Shown here: positions 12,634 through 25,910 of the stretch, in pieces
Position numbering within the stretch: position 1 is the stretch's first letter
How the letters are laid out: each line of letters opens with the position of its first letter
Assembly: GCA_964016885.1 (NCBI GenBank)
Contig: CAXHJY010001579.1
Location: 15,730 to 79,729, forward strand
Source of the DNA: Eledone cirrhosa
Taxonomy: Eukaryota
Reading direction: 5' to 3'
Length of the DNA stretch: 64,000 bases
Program-made: the position numbers and the translations under genes
Notes under the pieces: generated by a model
What the model saw: the letters and a program-made list of their open reading frames with translations, nothing else
Database searches by the model: none
Told to the model about the DNA's origin: nothing

Positions 12634-14550
12634 CATATATGTATATGCATTATATGTATATATATTATGTATTATATGTAATTATATTATGTATATATAT
12701 TATTTGTATGTGTGTTTGTGTATAATTAGAATATATACTTAAAATGTATGAATTTAATTGTCCATAAATTGAGGTGTGTATAAATACACTCCCACTGCTA
12801 ATATAACGTATAAACAGCTATAAAATGCATTGACTTCCCTTTTTTTTTATATACACAAGCAATTATAATTTAAGGAAGTCGTGTTGAAAATAACTGTTTG
12901 TTATTAGGAGTGAAGATTGTTTTGTTTCTCTATCTCCGTTTCTACTTCTTAATAAGAAGGTCGCCTTGCTATCTGCTAAACTGGTTGGTCAACTTGGGAA
13001 GGTGTGAGCTATTTATTTTGTAAAGGTGAAGGTGAAATTACTTCAGTTTGACGTGTGTTGATGTCTGTTGGGGAGAGAGAAACGGAGAGATAGATGTGTA
13101 GAAAGCTGTGTGGGAGAGAAAAATTGATAGAGAGAGAGGCGGGATAGGTTGATAGATATAAGGAGAAAGAGCTAGGAGGGAAAGGTAGATAGATAGCTAG
13201 CTAGGCGGGAGAAAGAGAAAGATAGCACTTGTCTTGTCTTGCTATCTATATTGATTTAGACATTTAAAATAGAAATAAATAAAATGTAATTTCTTTTAGA
13301 TTATTTCGATTTAAACATGGTATTAACATTTTAATAGCTGCTCTTCTTTTTTTCACGGTTAATTAAATTTCCGGAATATATGTCTATGTATATAGTTTGC
13401 TGTTATATTATATAGTTATATATATATGTATATGTATATAATGTAATAATTAGTACATAGTTATTATTGCAAATGTAAGCTAATATTCATGCTTAAAATA
13501 AACGAATAGATGTGCTTAGTTTTCAGTGTTTTGTGTGTGATTCCTTGTATAATATTTCTATGATCTGGTTGTTGCTTTATTAAACTGAGGTGATATTGAA
13601 TGGTTGGCGTGAAGGTCATTCTATATGTTTAGATATTTGTTAGCAGTTTTTTTCTCTTTTTGCTTCATTTTTTATATATTTGTTTAGCCGTTGACGTCGT
13701 TATCGATGTAGAAAAATCTAATATAAATTATTTTTTGTTTACCGATTTCTTTTTCTCTCCAAATATTTGCAATGGTTTATCGAGAGCTACTTTAAATGAA
13801 TTAAAGAAAAACCTTGAGTTTGACTCATTAAACTTTCTCTTCTTTTGACCTAAACGGAATGCTTTATAAATACATAAGAGTGAGAGAATGTAGTTAGTTG
13901 AGTAGAGACGGGGTCTCCCTCCATGTATGTATACTTTTGTTCATTAAGTATTGTAATATGAAGAAGACACTGGATTGTTGACACTATACCGTTCAAAGGA
14001 AGATAAAATTATCTTAACTCTTTCAATATCTAAACACCCCGCCTGAAACCGCCCATGGTTCTACGATATTAAGCTGATTGTTTTAAAGTGTTTATGTTTA
14101 TATTAAAAAAAATCTTCCACCATAATATAACCTTTCTTAAGTTATGTTCCAAACACCAGATAAGAAAGTTATATTACTAAATCTCTTCAAATTCTTGATG
14201 ATTTTCAAAATTGTTTTAAAATCATAGGTTGTGTCTTTTATTGGAAATATGGTAACGAAGGATTTAATTTTTTTGATACCAACCTACCTGAAACGGCTCC
14301 TCGTTCTCTATATCTAAAACGTTCCACCATAATTTTAACTAAGATGTTCCAAACACCAATTTAATAATGAGAAAGTTAGTTGTATTTGAAACACATATAG
14401 TGTATCCCCTTAGAAATATGGTAATGAACAGGGCAACCCTTTTGATACCGACCTGCCCCAAACCGCCCCTGGTTCTATAATACTAAGCTGTTATTTTGAA
14501 GTGTTTATCATCACCATTTTGATAATGATGAGGATAGTTAAACCTTCTAC

Positions 14551-17500
14551 CATCATCATTTTATGTCGGCTTTTCCATGCTTGCATGGGTTGAACGAGTC
14601 TTTTCCAATCTACTCATAATCCTTTGTCATCTGTGTAAGCTTCAGCAATTTGAGATCAGCTCTTACAACTTCCACCTTGGTCTTCTCTACTGTGGCTTCC
14701 TTCTTTTGGTATTTCTCATCATCCATATGCATCTCATGTCCATACCAATGTACTCTTCTCCCCTGCACACTACATCTGATACTTTTCATACCCAGTTTTT
14801 CTCTCAGTTCATCTATGTTTTGTTGTTCACACACATTAACATTATACATCCATTGAAGCATGCTTGCTTCATTTATCCCCTACCGTCACATATCTCCTAC
14901 ATTCACTCTCTGCCTCACTACCATGCAACATCGTGCATTGTACACAGGCATCATGCAGCTGACCTTTCATTCATAGAGAGAAACCTTTTGTTGTCAACAG
15001 AAGTAGTTGCTCCCTGAACTTCTTCCATCTTGTTCTTATTCTATCTACTATGATCTCAGATCAAGGATTTCATTGATGCTCCTAGTACTAACTATCCCTG
15101 TGCATCTGTTACATGTAACGTCTACCTTTTCTGTTAGTCTGCCTGCTATCCCACTACACCTGATGTGTACCAAAGATTTATATTGTGTACATTGTACAGA
15201 AATTCTACATATCAAGCAAGGCTACTTACCTGGAGGGATCGGGGTCTTGTCTCTTTTCTTATTCACTAAGACTTTAGTTTTTCCCAAGTTCACTCTAATC
15301 TCAGTTGATTTTAATTTCTGTTTCCAAAGCTCTTCCATGGATTCATCTATAAGAACCAGGTCATCAGCATATAGACGTTTCCATGGAAGCCAGTCTTAAT
15401 TCCCCAGTTAACTATAATCAGGATTGGGCCAAGGACTGAATTCTGATGTACCTGCATGTAGAATTCCTCACTAAATTCATTACCTACTCTCTCTTTACTG
15501 ACAACTCCTATATACATGGCTTTCACTGCTTTCACCAGCCATTCTTCTATGCCTAGTTTCCTTAGGGACCACCAGATGACAGATCGAGGTATGCTGTAGA
15601 TGACAGACTGAGGTACCTTGTAAAAAGCCTTCTCTAGGTCCGTGAAAGCTGGATATAGAAGCTTACTCTTAGCTAGGAACTTGTAATTGTCTCAGTAAGA
15701 AGAGGGCATCACTGGTACTCTTGTCTCAGTAAGAAGAGGGTATCACTGGTATTCATCTTTGGCATAAAAACAAACTGCACCTCATCTATTTTAAGTATTT
15801 CCCTAATATGCTGCATTAAAACCCTTTCTGTTACTTTCATAACTTCGTCCATCAAATTTATGCTCCTGTTGTTGCTTCTTTCTGTTGCATCACTTTTTTC
15901 CTTGTAACAATTAATGATTATGGTGCTATGCTGACCAATGGGTATGACCTTTTCACCTGTTACCTGATTAATTATGCAGGTAACTAATTCAACTACTTCC
16001 TCAGAAGATTTCAGCATCTCTGCGACTATCTCTGATGGACCAGTGGCTTTAACTTTTTTTTTCCTCCTTTATTGCTTCTTTGACCCTATTACTGTCCATT
16101 TCGATAGCTGGTCCCTCAATTGAGCCAGCAGGGTATAGTCTCTTTTTCTCCCACTTATTCTCCATATTCATCAACCTCTTGTAATAACATTTCCAGGCCT
16201 CTTTCATTTGGGCTTTAGTGGTACTAAGTGCACCAGTGTCATTTTGGACACACTTTTCTCCAACAACATCCTGGTTTTCTAGGACACACTGCTTGGCAAT
16301 GTGGAACACCTCACATCACTGATCCTCATATTGCAAGACATTGGTAAACATTCTGCTTTCATTTCCTTGCTTGCTATGTATACTTGTTATCTAGCTATTT
16401 TTTAGCTATGTGGTACTGATCATTTTTCTAGTCTATCCGCAGTGTTATTCCACCACCAGGTCACCTTCTGTCTAGCCGGTGCTTTGCTCCATCCACTTAG
16501 TCTCATTAGTAGCCCTTAGGAATTTCCAATTTTCCTCTATGTCATGTATCTAACTCCTCCACCCTCTAGCCATATTCATCATGTTAGGCTTTTCTAAACC
16601 TATATTTTACAAAGTCCTTTAGTTTCCATATTCTCCTCCAGATTTTTCTGTCTTTGTTTTTCTTCCGTCTCGTGTTTAGCCTGATGTCTCTAATAACAAA
16701 CATATGTTGGGCAGTGCATTCTTCTTCAGAGAAAGACTTAATAGGATAAACAGTTGGTTGTGAATGTTTTCTAGCAAGTATAACATCAATCTGTCTTGGG
16801 CAGGTAACCAGTTGATCGGTCAGTTTTCTGAAGTTAGTGTCACAGATAATCCATTTGCATCACATAATTCTAGGAGCCTTGCTCCCTCTTCATTTTCTAT
16901 AACCATTAGTGTAGCCACCCTAGTGTTACCCAGTATGTCCTTTGAAGTCGCCAGCCAAAATGATGAGGTCTCTGTCTGTCATCTGTAACTGATGTTGTCT
17001 GTAGGAGTTTCTCATAAAATTGGGTTTTTTTTCTTTACTTAAACCTGATTGAGGTGTATATGTAGAGATAATTATAGTCAATCTATTACTTATGACTATT
17101 CTGAGCTTGATGATTCTTAACTACTTCAATTACTTAATCTATCCACTTCTCAGTTAGTAGAATGCCTACTCCACTTACTCCATCATTTCCTATGCTATTT
17201 GCCTGTGAGGAGTCTTTCTGAGGCTCCCCTCCATTCCATTTCTTGTCATCTGTTACTGAAGTTGTCTGTAAGGTCCTCATAGAAATGGTCTTTTTCTGTT
17301 CTTTGGCTTCTCTGAGTTTTATAATTCTGTAATTTATTCTAATTACCTTATCTACTTCTCAGCTAGTGAAATGCTTACACCACTTACTCCATCATCATTT
17401 CCTATCCAGAAAAGCTTACATCTATGCCATTGGTCTGTGAGGAGTCTTGTTGAGGCTCCCTTCCATATCACTTCTTGTACACAGCATACATCTATTCATC

Positions 17501-17580
17501 TTATCTTAAGTAATTTCACAATTTCTCCATATCTACATTCCAGAGACCCCCACATTAAGATTGGCAGTCTTGTGACGTGT
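14551..17580 (-). mobile_element. Decayed near full-length RTE-clade LINE (APE + RT)
   Basis: ORF fragments align with the 49.6-52.4 kb element (NVGSL..IDVCCVQE, FHIAKQCVLENQDVVGEKCV, IIINCYK, HQNSVLGP, WYGHEMHM). 3' end CCCATGCAAGCATGG..(ATG)n. Many stops and frameshifts. Confidence 0.9.
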
Positions 17581-17879
17581 TACCTGACAGTGGTGAATAG
17601 GTTATCTTTTGGTAGTTTTCTGTACCTAAAATGGAGAATGGATGACCAATTACTTGATAACAGTCGAGGGGTTCTCATTCATGGCTAGGTTAGCCAACCC
17701 ACTACTGTATGCAGCACTAACATGATTAGTGTTAGCTCTGTGTACTCACTTATCTTTAATATTATACATTGTGCTTGTCATCTTCTCCTACTTATTCCTA
17801 AGAGGGTCATGGGGGTAGAGTTTTCAAACACTCCCTCAAGTAGGTCCTGTCAGAAGCAACCGTCTCCAACTGATCTGGT

Positions 17880-18040
17880 TGGATCCCCAGGTGTGATCAA
17901 CCAACCTCATGGATGTTATCTAACCATCTTGCTTGGGGTCAACCCCTGGGTCTTCGACCTGTTTGTTTTGCCCGTAAAATCTGTCCAGCGATTCTTTCCT
18001 GAGACATTCTAACCTCATGCCCATAGCATCAGAGCTGTGA
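17880..18040 (-). mobile_element. C-terminal fragment of another RTE-like ORF
   Basis: Minus frame reads MSQERIAGQILRAKQTGRRPRG*PQARWLDNI, the RTE C-terminal GRRPRGRP..RW motif. Confidence 0.55.
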
Positions 18041-18142
18041 TCTCTCAATTCTGTGGAGTGAGTCTCTGATACATTTTCTGGCCGGATGCTCTTCATTACA
18101 CCAACCACTTTAGAATGTGGATTGGGTGCATTATTTGTGCCA

Positions 18143-18328
18143 GTGGATTGGCAGTATCGGTAGAGGGTCGGACGCCATGCTTTCCAGCATAGTTATGTCC
18201 CTTTACGATCTGAGTTCAAATCCCGCCGAGGTTGACTTTGCCTTTCATCCTTACGGGGTCGATAAAATAAAGTACCAGTAATGCACTGGATTATTGCTGG
18301 CCTTGTGCCTAAAGTAGAAACAATTATT
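18143..18328 (+). mobile_element. Young SINE copy with 15-bp TSD
   Basis: ATTATTTGTGCCAGT at 18130-18144 and 18323-18337. Confidence 0.9.
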
Positions 18329-21300
18329 TGTGCCAGTAGCACTTGAGAATTTGCTTGACAAGACTTGATCAGAGTCCTCTACTCTCTATCAGTTTTTATT
18401 CAGTGACTGTTCTCCTAGTCAAGTTGCTTTCATCACAGCTTATGGAGCCCATGTCTGCCTCATGTAGTCTTATTTTATTTATTTATTTTTTACTTAATCC
18501 TTCTAAATACTTGATTATTTTCAAAATTTCTGAAAATCATAGGCAGTTTCCTTTTATTAGAAATATAACAAAAGGGTTAACGAAAGCAGTCCTAACTATA
18601 AAACTAAATCAGTAAAAAACTGTTTTACATAGCATCTCTATGAGGAAACCTCATTAGTTCCCTTTTATCCTCTATGAAGCATTATGGAATGATGTGAGAG
18701 GTTCCTTTCTCCACAGCATTTAATGCAAACCCTGTCACAAGCCTGCTCCTAGGCCACACACTTGTCTGTTAGGTTCTCTTCCATAAACCTCAACCAAGTC
18801 TATGAGAAAACTTGGGCAAACAAATGAATAACCATCAATTGTATGATACCCCCCACTCCTCATCGGGTGTGCAGAACCTTTATTGTTGATCCAAATCGTT
18901 GTAAGATGAATTAAACATTGCTATTATCATTTTATGGATAATTTCCATGTTGCTATTGGTTGGATGGATTGTTATGGGCAACATCAGTATGTAGTTGGAG
19001 TTACTACCTTCCAAAACAAGCTATGGGCCATGCATTGTTTACATGTATCCTGGTTTTGGCAGGGTTTATGTAAATGGATGTCTTTCCTAACCCCAACCAC
19101 TCTACAGAGTGAACTGGGTGTATTTTATCATGGCGCCAGCACTAGGAAAGTTGTCATGTAATTCACACAACTAAGAGTCTTTCAACTCTGTGAGAAGGGA
19201 TGCCTTGTCTGAAGGTGAGGAGGAAGAGGTTAAGATGGCTGACAATTATGGTGTCATAAATGTGGTGGTATTTAAGAGTGATATAAGAGATACAGTGATG
19301 ATGAGAATAGTTACTATAGAGCCATGGTGGAGGGGTTGGGTATGACTAGGCCAAAAGTCACACCGTTACATGGTTACAACACTATGCTTTAGATGTGGTA
19401 GGAGTTAGGGAGGGAGGGTATAGTGAATATTAATAGTGGAGATGGAGAATAGGGTGGGGTTAGTAGGGGTATATTGAACATCTTGATTTTATACAGACAC
19501 GCACACATACATATAATATACAATGGACTTCTGCTACTTTCCATCTACCAAATTTCACTCAGAAAGGCTATAGATATCTATCCCAGTATTAAAGAACTAA
19601 AATATTTGATAGAGAAAATATATTATGTCCATGTTGTGATAGTCATGCTATGAAAATATTTAATCAAATTTTTGAAGTTGTTTGGCATAATTATGGTGTT
19701 GGATTAACGAGTTGTAGGTACAATTTGTGACCCAGGTGGTGTGTAATGCTTTAGGCAAGATGCTTCATTTCACTCAGTTGGAGTGGGGAGAATGAGTGCC
19801 AGCAGCAGTTGGGACTTAACCCCTTTCAATATTTTTTCATGATAGGACTAGGTATCCTATCATTGAGACACCCATGAAAACCTTAAATGATGCAACTTTG
19901 CAAGAAGTTAGCTAAAGTTACATAAACTGTAATCAGCTTTGTTTTTGATCTGAAGTTCCATTCAAAACTGGGTCAAAGGCAACACTGAATTACGGCTTCA
20001 GAAACCAACTGGTAATTTTGTCAAAAAATACCATGAGGCCAATCCTTACAAGAACACTTTCTAGTTTTTAATTGAAAGTTAAATGAGTGGACTTTGCTCA
20101 TGAAACTTACAGCTCACACTGATCTAGGAGGTTTAGCTGGCCAACCAGGCTGCATCTCATAGAAGGTTTCTGTTTTTCATGTCCTATCATGAAAATCTAT
20201 GTGAAATGAAGTATCTTGCTCAAGAATATATCGAACTGCCCAGTCCAGGAATCAAACCCACAACCTTATGATCGTGAGTCCAACAACTAAACCACTAGGC
20301 CAACCATGTTCACTATTTTGATAGAAGAAAAGTTGAAATATGTTAGTCATAAAAATAGGGGTGGGGGGGGGGGGGGGAAAGATAGCAGTGTAGGTTTATA
20401 ATCGTAGAAGTGAACATACCAGTTTGTCCCAAGTGGTAGAATTTATTGTAGAGGAATAGTAGACTTGTTAGAGTTGTAGATTAAATGGTTCGCAGAGTTC
20501 AAATTTAATCAATGTCAACTCTGCTTTCATCCTTTCGAGGTTGATAAAACACAAGTCCAGGTGGAATTGTTAGAGCGTTGCACATGCCCTTTTCAGCCCT
20601 TTGTCTTCTGAGTTCACTTGTGACATCATTGTGCTAAGCTCTATTATCATGTATGGGTATCTCTTGAACTTCCATAAGAAAAAAACCTCACCCAAGCTTG
20701 TGCCTTGGGGAGGAACTTTCTAGCTGTAGATCTATGAAATCACAAGACCCTCAGCCCTAATTTAATTAACTGCCATAAAATACACCCAGTACACTCTGAA
20801 AAATAGTGGTGCTGGTGCCACAATAAAATACAGCAGTGTTGGTGTTAGGAAAGGCATCGAGAACCATAGAACCCATGCCAAACATGGAACATATGAGCAA
20901 GATGAGGTTTCATAGTGTGACAACCCTTCCAACTCATGACATCATGGAAAGCAAATGTAAAATGATGATGATAATAAGTTTAAATCTAGCCGGATGTTGT
21001 TTTTACCCTTTGTAACCCGAGTAAGCTAACTATTAATATCTTGAAAGTTGATCCTATTAAGTATAGTACTGTTGTGTAAATGATTGTCTTTGTGTGACCT
21101 TGTGGGACTAGAGAACCTTTACTAACACGGTCAACTTCATGAAAGGTAGTCCATTAATGACACTCACACATCAATACGAAGCTATAGTAGAAATTGCTCT
21201 TGAATCCCAGTCTCCCCTCTCCACGCCACCGATGTTGTCAAGGAGAAAGGCACCAGAGATATTGCAACTCATTTCTCCAGAGTTCAGATTGGACTGCGAC

Positions 21301-21549
21301 AATGTGAAATAGAGTGTCGTACTCAAGAACACAACCACACGATTGTGCACCATTCGGGCACACACGCACACGTGTGTATGTGTGTGAATCGTCATTGTGA
21401 AAGAATGCGTCCTCGATATGTAAACATAAAAGTAATTTATATTACTTAACATACAGTCCTCACTGTTTCAAGATGGTTTCCTATTAATCGGATACCGTCA
21501 TGAAACTCTGAGTACCGACGAAAACATTTTCAGTTGCCGTGTATTTTAT

Positions 21550-21580
<31 letters not shown>

Positions 21581-21648
21581 CTCAATGATATTAAATAAAT
21601 GGAAACTATATTTATAAAACCATATTTATTCTATTATATATATTTCAA

Positions 21649-21838
21649 GGCGGTGGATTGGCAGTATCGGTAGAGGGTCGGACGCCATGCTTTCCAGCAT
21701 AGTTACGTCCCTTTACGATTTGAGTTCAAATCCCGCCGAGGTTGACTTTGCCTTTCATCCTTACGGGGGTCGATAAAATAAAGTACCAGTAATGCACTGG
21801 ATAATTGCTGGCCTTGTGCCTAAAGTAGAAACAATTAT
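21649..21838 (+). mobile_element. Young SINE copy with 18-bp TSD
   Basis: ATTATATATATTTCAAGG at 21633-21650 and 21834-21851. Almost identical to the 18143 copy. Confidence 0.9.
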
Positions 21839-22739
21839 ATATATTTCAAGGGTACCAAAAACTTTGGTACGCTTTCATCAGATAAAATACAAAGTGTGTT
21901 TTATAAATTTTGACATAGCCAAGGAACATACCTTTAACAGTTGAAATTTTCCTTGGATATATATATATATTCTTTCCATGCTTTTATAAAAGCAGTGAGG
22001 ACTTAGTAAAATAAACTGAGATATATTTGCTACGGTAGTGTAAAGATGTCCCAAGTGAGATATGTCAGATACATTATTCTATATCTTTAGACTGTAAAAT
22101 TCCAACAAAATATTGCATTAGCTACCAATAGATATACGGGTGGTGGGGGGTGTATCTGACAGAACTACACACGTCACTCGATTTGTTTCCTCATAACTTT
22201 CTTAATATACAGATGTTTAACAGAAATTTTGTAGACATACGATCATGTTGATGAATATATACAGTATATATACACATGTATACTTATACTTTCATTATTG
22301 TATATATTTCTGTTCATTAATGTTTTCGTTTACAGAATACTTTCTGTTTGTGTTTGTTGTAGACTAAAGATAAACCGGGAAATTTTGTTCATTATATCTT
22401 CCAATTTCATATCGATAATGATTAATATCAATCAGGATAATGTCATAGATTTTATACTGGAATGTAATGTCTGTTTTACAACTAGGAATTGTGAAAAATA
22501 AAAAATATCTGAAACAACTTTCCTTTATATTATAACAACATAACCGTACTCTGCATCGTGGAAACCTATCTCATGTAGAATGTCATTAAAAATATAAACA
22601 AATATGAATTAGATTTTTATTTTTTTATTTTTCTAGGAATATAACAATATAATGCTTACAGAATGAACATATAAACACAAATAATATATACAATGCTCAG
22701 TGTATACTTCTTACAGAATGAAAAAATAAATACAATTCA

Positions 22740-22875
22740 TTACGTCCCTTTACGATCTGAGTTCAAATCCCGCCGAGGTTGACTTTGCCTTTCATCCTTA
22801 CGGGGTCGATAAAATAAAGTACCAGTAATGCACTGGTAATTTGCTGGCCTTGTGCCTAAAGTAGAAACAATTATT
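22740..22875 (+). mobile_element. 5'-truncated SINE copy
   Basis: Starts at TTACGTCCCTTTACG, with the same core and tail. Confidence 0.85.
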
Positions 22876-23158
22876 GCTCGGAAACAATTATTGCACAGAA
22901 ATATATGATCAAAGCGAGAGGGAAAAAAAGCTATGTCGGGTGGTGTGCGACTAAACAGTAAACATTGTCTAGGTAGCAACCTTTCTATGTATATTATATT
23001 TATGTACACAATTTCACAAGCCTTTGCAGCACACTGATAAAATGTGAAGTTTATTTTAAATTATATAAATGTAAATTAATTGGGAGTGACAGATGATTAT
23101 CATATTTTTTGGAGTGGTCTCTTCTTTTTCTTTCTTAGATGTTGGTGCTTACGTAGCT

Positions 23159-23392
23159 GAAGCCCACTGAAATAATTGTTTCTACTTTTGACACAAGGCC
23201 AGCAATTATCCCAGTGTATTATTGGTTCTTTATTTTATCAACCCCGTAAGGATGAAAGGCAAACTTAACCTCGGCGGGAAGCCCACTGAAATAAGTGTTT
23301 CTACTTTTGGCACAAGGCCGTACATTACTGGTACTTTATTTTATCGACCCCGTAAGGATGAAAGGCAAAGTTAACGAAGCCCACTGAAATAA
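23159..23392 (-). mobile_element. Two tandem truncated SINE 3' parts bracketed by three copies of a 17-bp target
   Basis: GAAGCCCACTGAAATAA at 23159, 23278 and 23376. Confidence 0.85.
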
Positions 23393-23574
23393 TGTTAGGT
23401 TGTTAATAAATAGTTAGGACGTAATTAGAGAAAGAGAGAGAGAGTATAAACAAAAGTGTATGTTGGTGTGATGTAATTTAGAGAGTGAGAGATAGAAGTG
23501 TGAGTGAATAAACAAAAGTGTACGTTGCATGACGTCAGGGGATCCTGTTGTACTAATATATATATATAGCTTCA

Positions 23575-24390
23575 CTAGCAGTAAAGCCCGGCGTTGCTCG
23601 GGGTCGCTCAATAGCTGTGTTAAAGTTACAATGTTAAGTTTCTTTTTTTGGCTTAAAAACTGTAGTGTCTACTGTGCAGACTTGCATGTGGTGTTTTTGA
23701 TTAATATTCCCTCAACCAACAATATGCCTTATGAAGTTAAGAAAACATAACGATAACCCGAATGTTATAACAAAAGAGGATGCTGGGGATAAAAACTGCA
23801 CTGGTTATTTATTAACAAAGATCGAAAATGTAAACACTGCAACGCAGAGAAAAACATTAGCGTAACCAAATTATCAGTTATGTCTGTCTGCACGCCTATA
23901 TCACCTCTCTGCACGACTGTCTGTCTGCACGCCTGAAATATTTGCTTGTTTTACGTAGTCTTTAAATAGACTTGTTTTCAAGTAAAAATATTGTTTTAAA
24001 ATGCTTTTAAATGGAAATGAAGCAAAACGGAAGTTTAGTGTTCGAACTGATGAATTTTGCAGGTCAATATTTTGCTGGCTCGACAACTGTTCGTGTATTG
24101 TGTTAATATCATTTTAAACGCTGAGAACGCCAGCGTAATTTTTTACGTAAGACGCTCAATGTAAACAGAACAAAGGGAAATAACTGATAACTTACGCTCA
24201 AAAATCGATACATTATATTCGATTTCGTCACATAGGGTGGGTCAATTTGAAATATTTTTTTTCCGATGTCTTCGCTAGGGCTCAATGTACAAGTATAGCA
24301 ATTTCGGTGCAATTCCGTGAGAGATTCTAAGAGGAGATGTGTGCCAAAAATCGATAGACAGACAGACAACCACAGTTTTATATATATAGA
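23575..24390 (-). mobile_element. Non-autonomous Helitron
   Basis: Minus strand starts TCTATATATATAAAACTGTGG and ends CCCGAGCAACGCCGGG..CTAG, at an A|T insertion site. Confidence 0.85.
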
Positions 24391-24420
24391 TGTGTGTGTG
24401 TGTGTCTGTGTAGATATGTA

Positions 24421-24459
<39 letters not shown>

Positions 24460-24521
24460 GTATATGTATGTATGTGTATGTATATATGTGTATGTATATA
24501 TATATATATGTATATATATAC

Positions 24522-24560
<39 letters not shown>

Positions 24561-24565
<5 letters not shown>

Positions 24566-24733
24566 GTTTCTACTTTTGGCACAAGGCCAGCGCATTACTA
24601 GTACTTTATTTTATCAATCCCGAAAGGATGAAAGGCAAAGTTAACCTCGGCGAGATTTGAACACAGAATAGCAAGGGCCGTAACTCTATGCGTCAAAGCA
24701 TGGCGTCCGACCTTCTACCGACACTACCAATCC

Positions 24734-24734
<1 letters not shown>
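24561..24734 (-). mobile_element. SINE copy inside (TA)n
   Basis: Reverse complement of the 3051 family, flanked by TA repeats. Confidence 0.85.
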
Positions 24735-24765
<31 letters not shown>

Positions 24766-25227
24766 ATGTGTGTATATATGTGTATGTATGTATATATATG
24801 TATGTATGTAGATATATGTATGTAGAGATATATGTATGTGTATGTAGATATATGTATGTGTATGTATATGTATGTGTATGTATGTGTATGTATATATATA
24901 TATGTGTGTGTATATATATATGTGTATGTATGTATATATATATGTGTATGTATGTATGTATATATGTGTATGTATGTATATATATATGTATGTATATGTA
25001 TGTGTGTATGTATGTATATGTATGTGTGTATATATGTATGTATGTATATATGTATGTGTATGTATGTATATATGTATGTGTATGTATGTATATATATGTG
25101 TATGTATGTATATATATATATGTATGTATGTATATATATATGTGTGTATGTATGTATATATATATATATATATATGTGTATGTATGTATATATATGTGTA
25201 TGTATGTATGTATATATATATGTATGT

Positions 25228-25786
25228 ATGGTCGGGTCGTTGGCGACTAAACTGGCAACCCCACCAAGGTTTCTTGGTGAGGAGGGTGACTTTGGACATC
25301 CTACAGGACTAAAAACAAAACCTGTCAAAGGGCAAAGGAGCTCTTAAGAGTCAATGGCCATCCAAAATCACCGGGAGAGATGACCCCTTAGCCTTTGTCA
25401 AGGCAGAATTCTAGGAGAAGGAAAACTCTGATATAACACCTGCAACCCTGATGGTATCCAATGATGTTGACTTGTTCTTCTTTTTGGTAAATATCATCTC
25501 GGTTAAGAGAGTGGGACTGGCTTTGTGCAGTGCCTTTGCTCACTATAAAAGCTTCACGGCACAGGCATTGCTTTGTATCTGGAGATCTCTTTGCACTTGT
25601 CGTCACATGGTACCATGGGCCCAGCACTATGTGTCAGTGATTGTCACAAGTGTAGTGTTTGTACCAGAGTTTTCAAGTCGCTGGCTAGACTAAAAAGTCA
25701 CACTCGTTCAGCGCATCGGTAGGAGTTCTCCTACATGGATATAAAGTAGTGGCCGTACTCGAAAACGAGTTGGCAGCCACCACCAT
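25228..25786 (+). mobile_element. Bipartite non-autonomous RTE derivative, copy 1 (5'-truncated)
   Basis: Highly similar to the copies at 31971, 33399 and 45797. Contains CTAGGAGAAGGAAAACTCTGA and a C2H2 remnant [23 protein letters not shown]. Confidence 0.85.
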
Positions 25787-25823
25787 GTATGTATGTATGT
25801 ATGTATATATATATGTATGTATG

Positions 25824-25856
<33 letters not shown>

Positions 25857-25910
25857 ATATATATGTATGTATATATATATATATGTATGTATATATATAT
25901 ACATACATAT

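Noticed and set aside
21171-21452. Moderately GC-rich unique stretch with a 93-aa ORF
   Set aside because: No recognisable motif or convincing splice sites in any frame.
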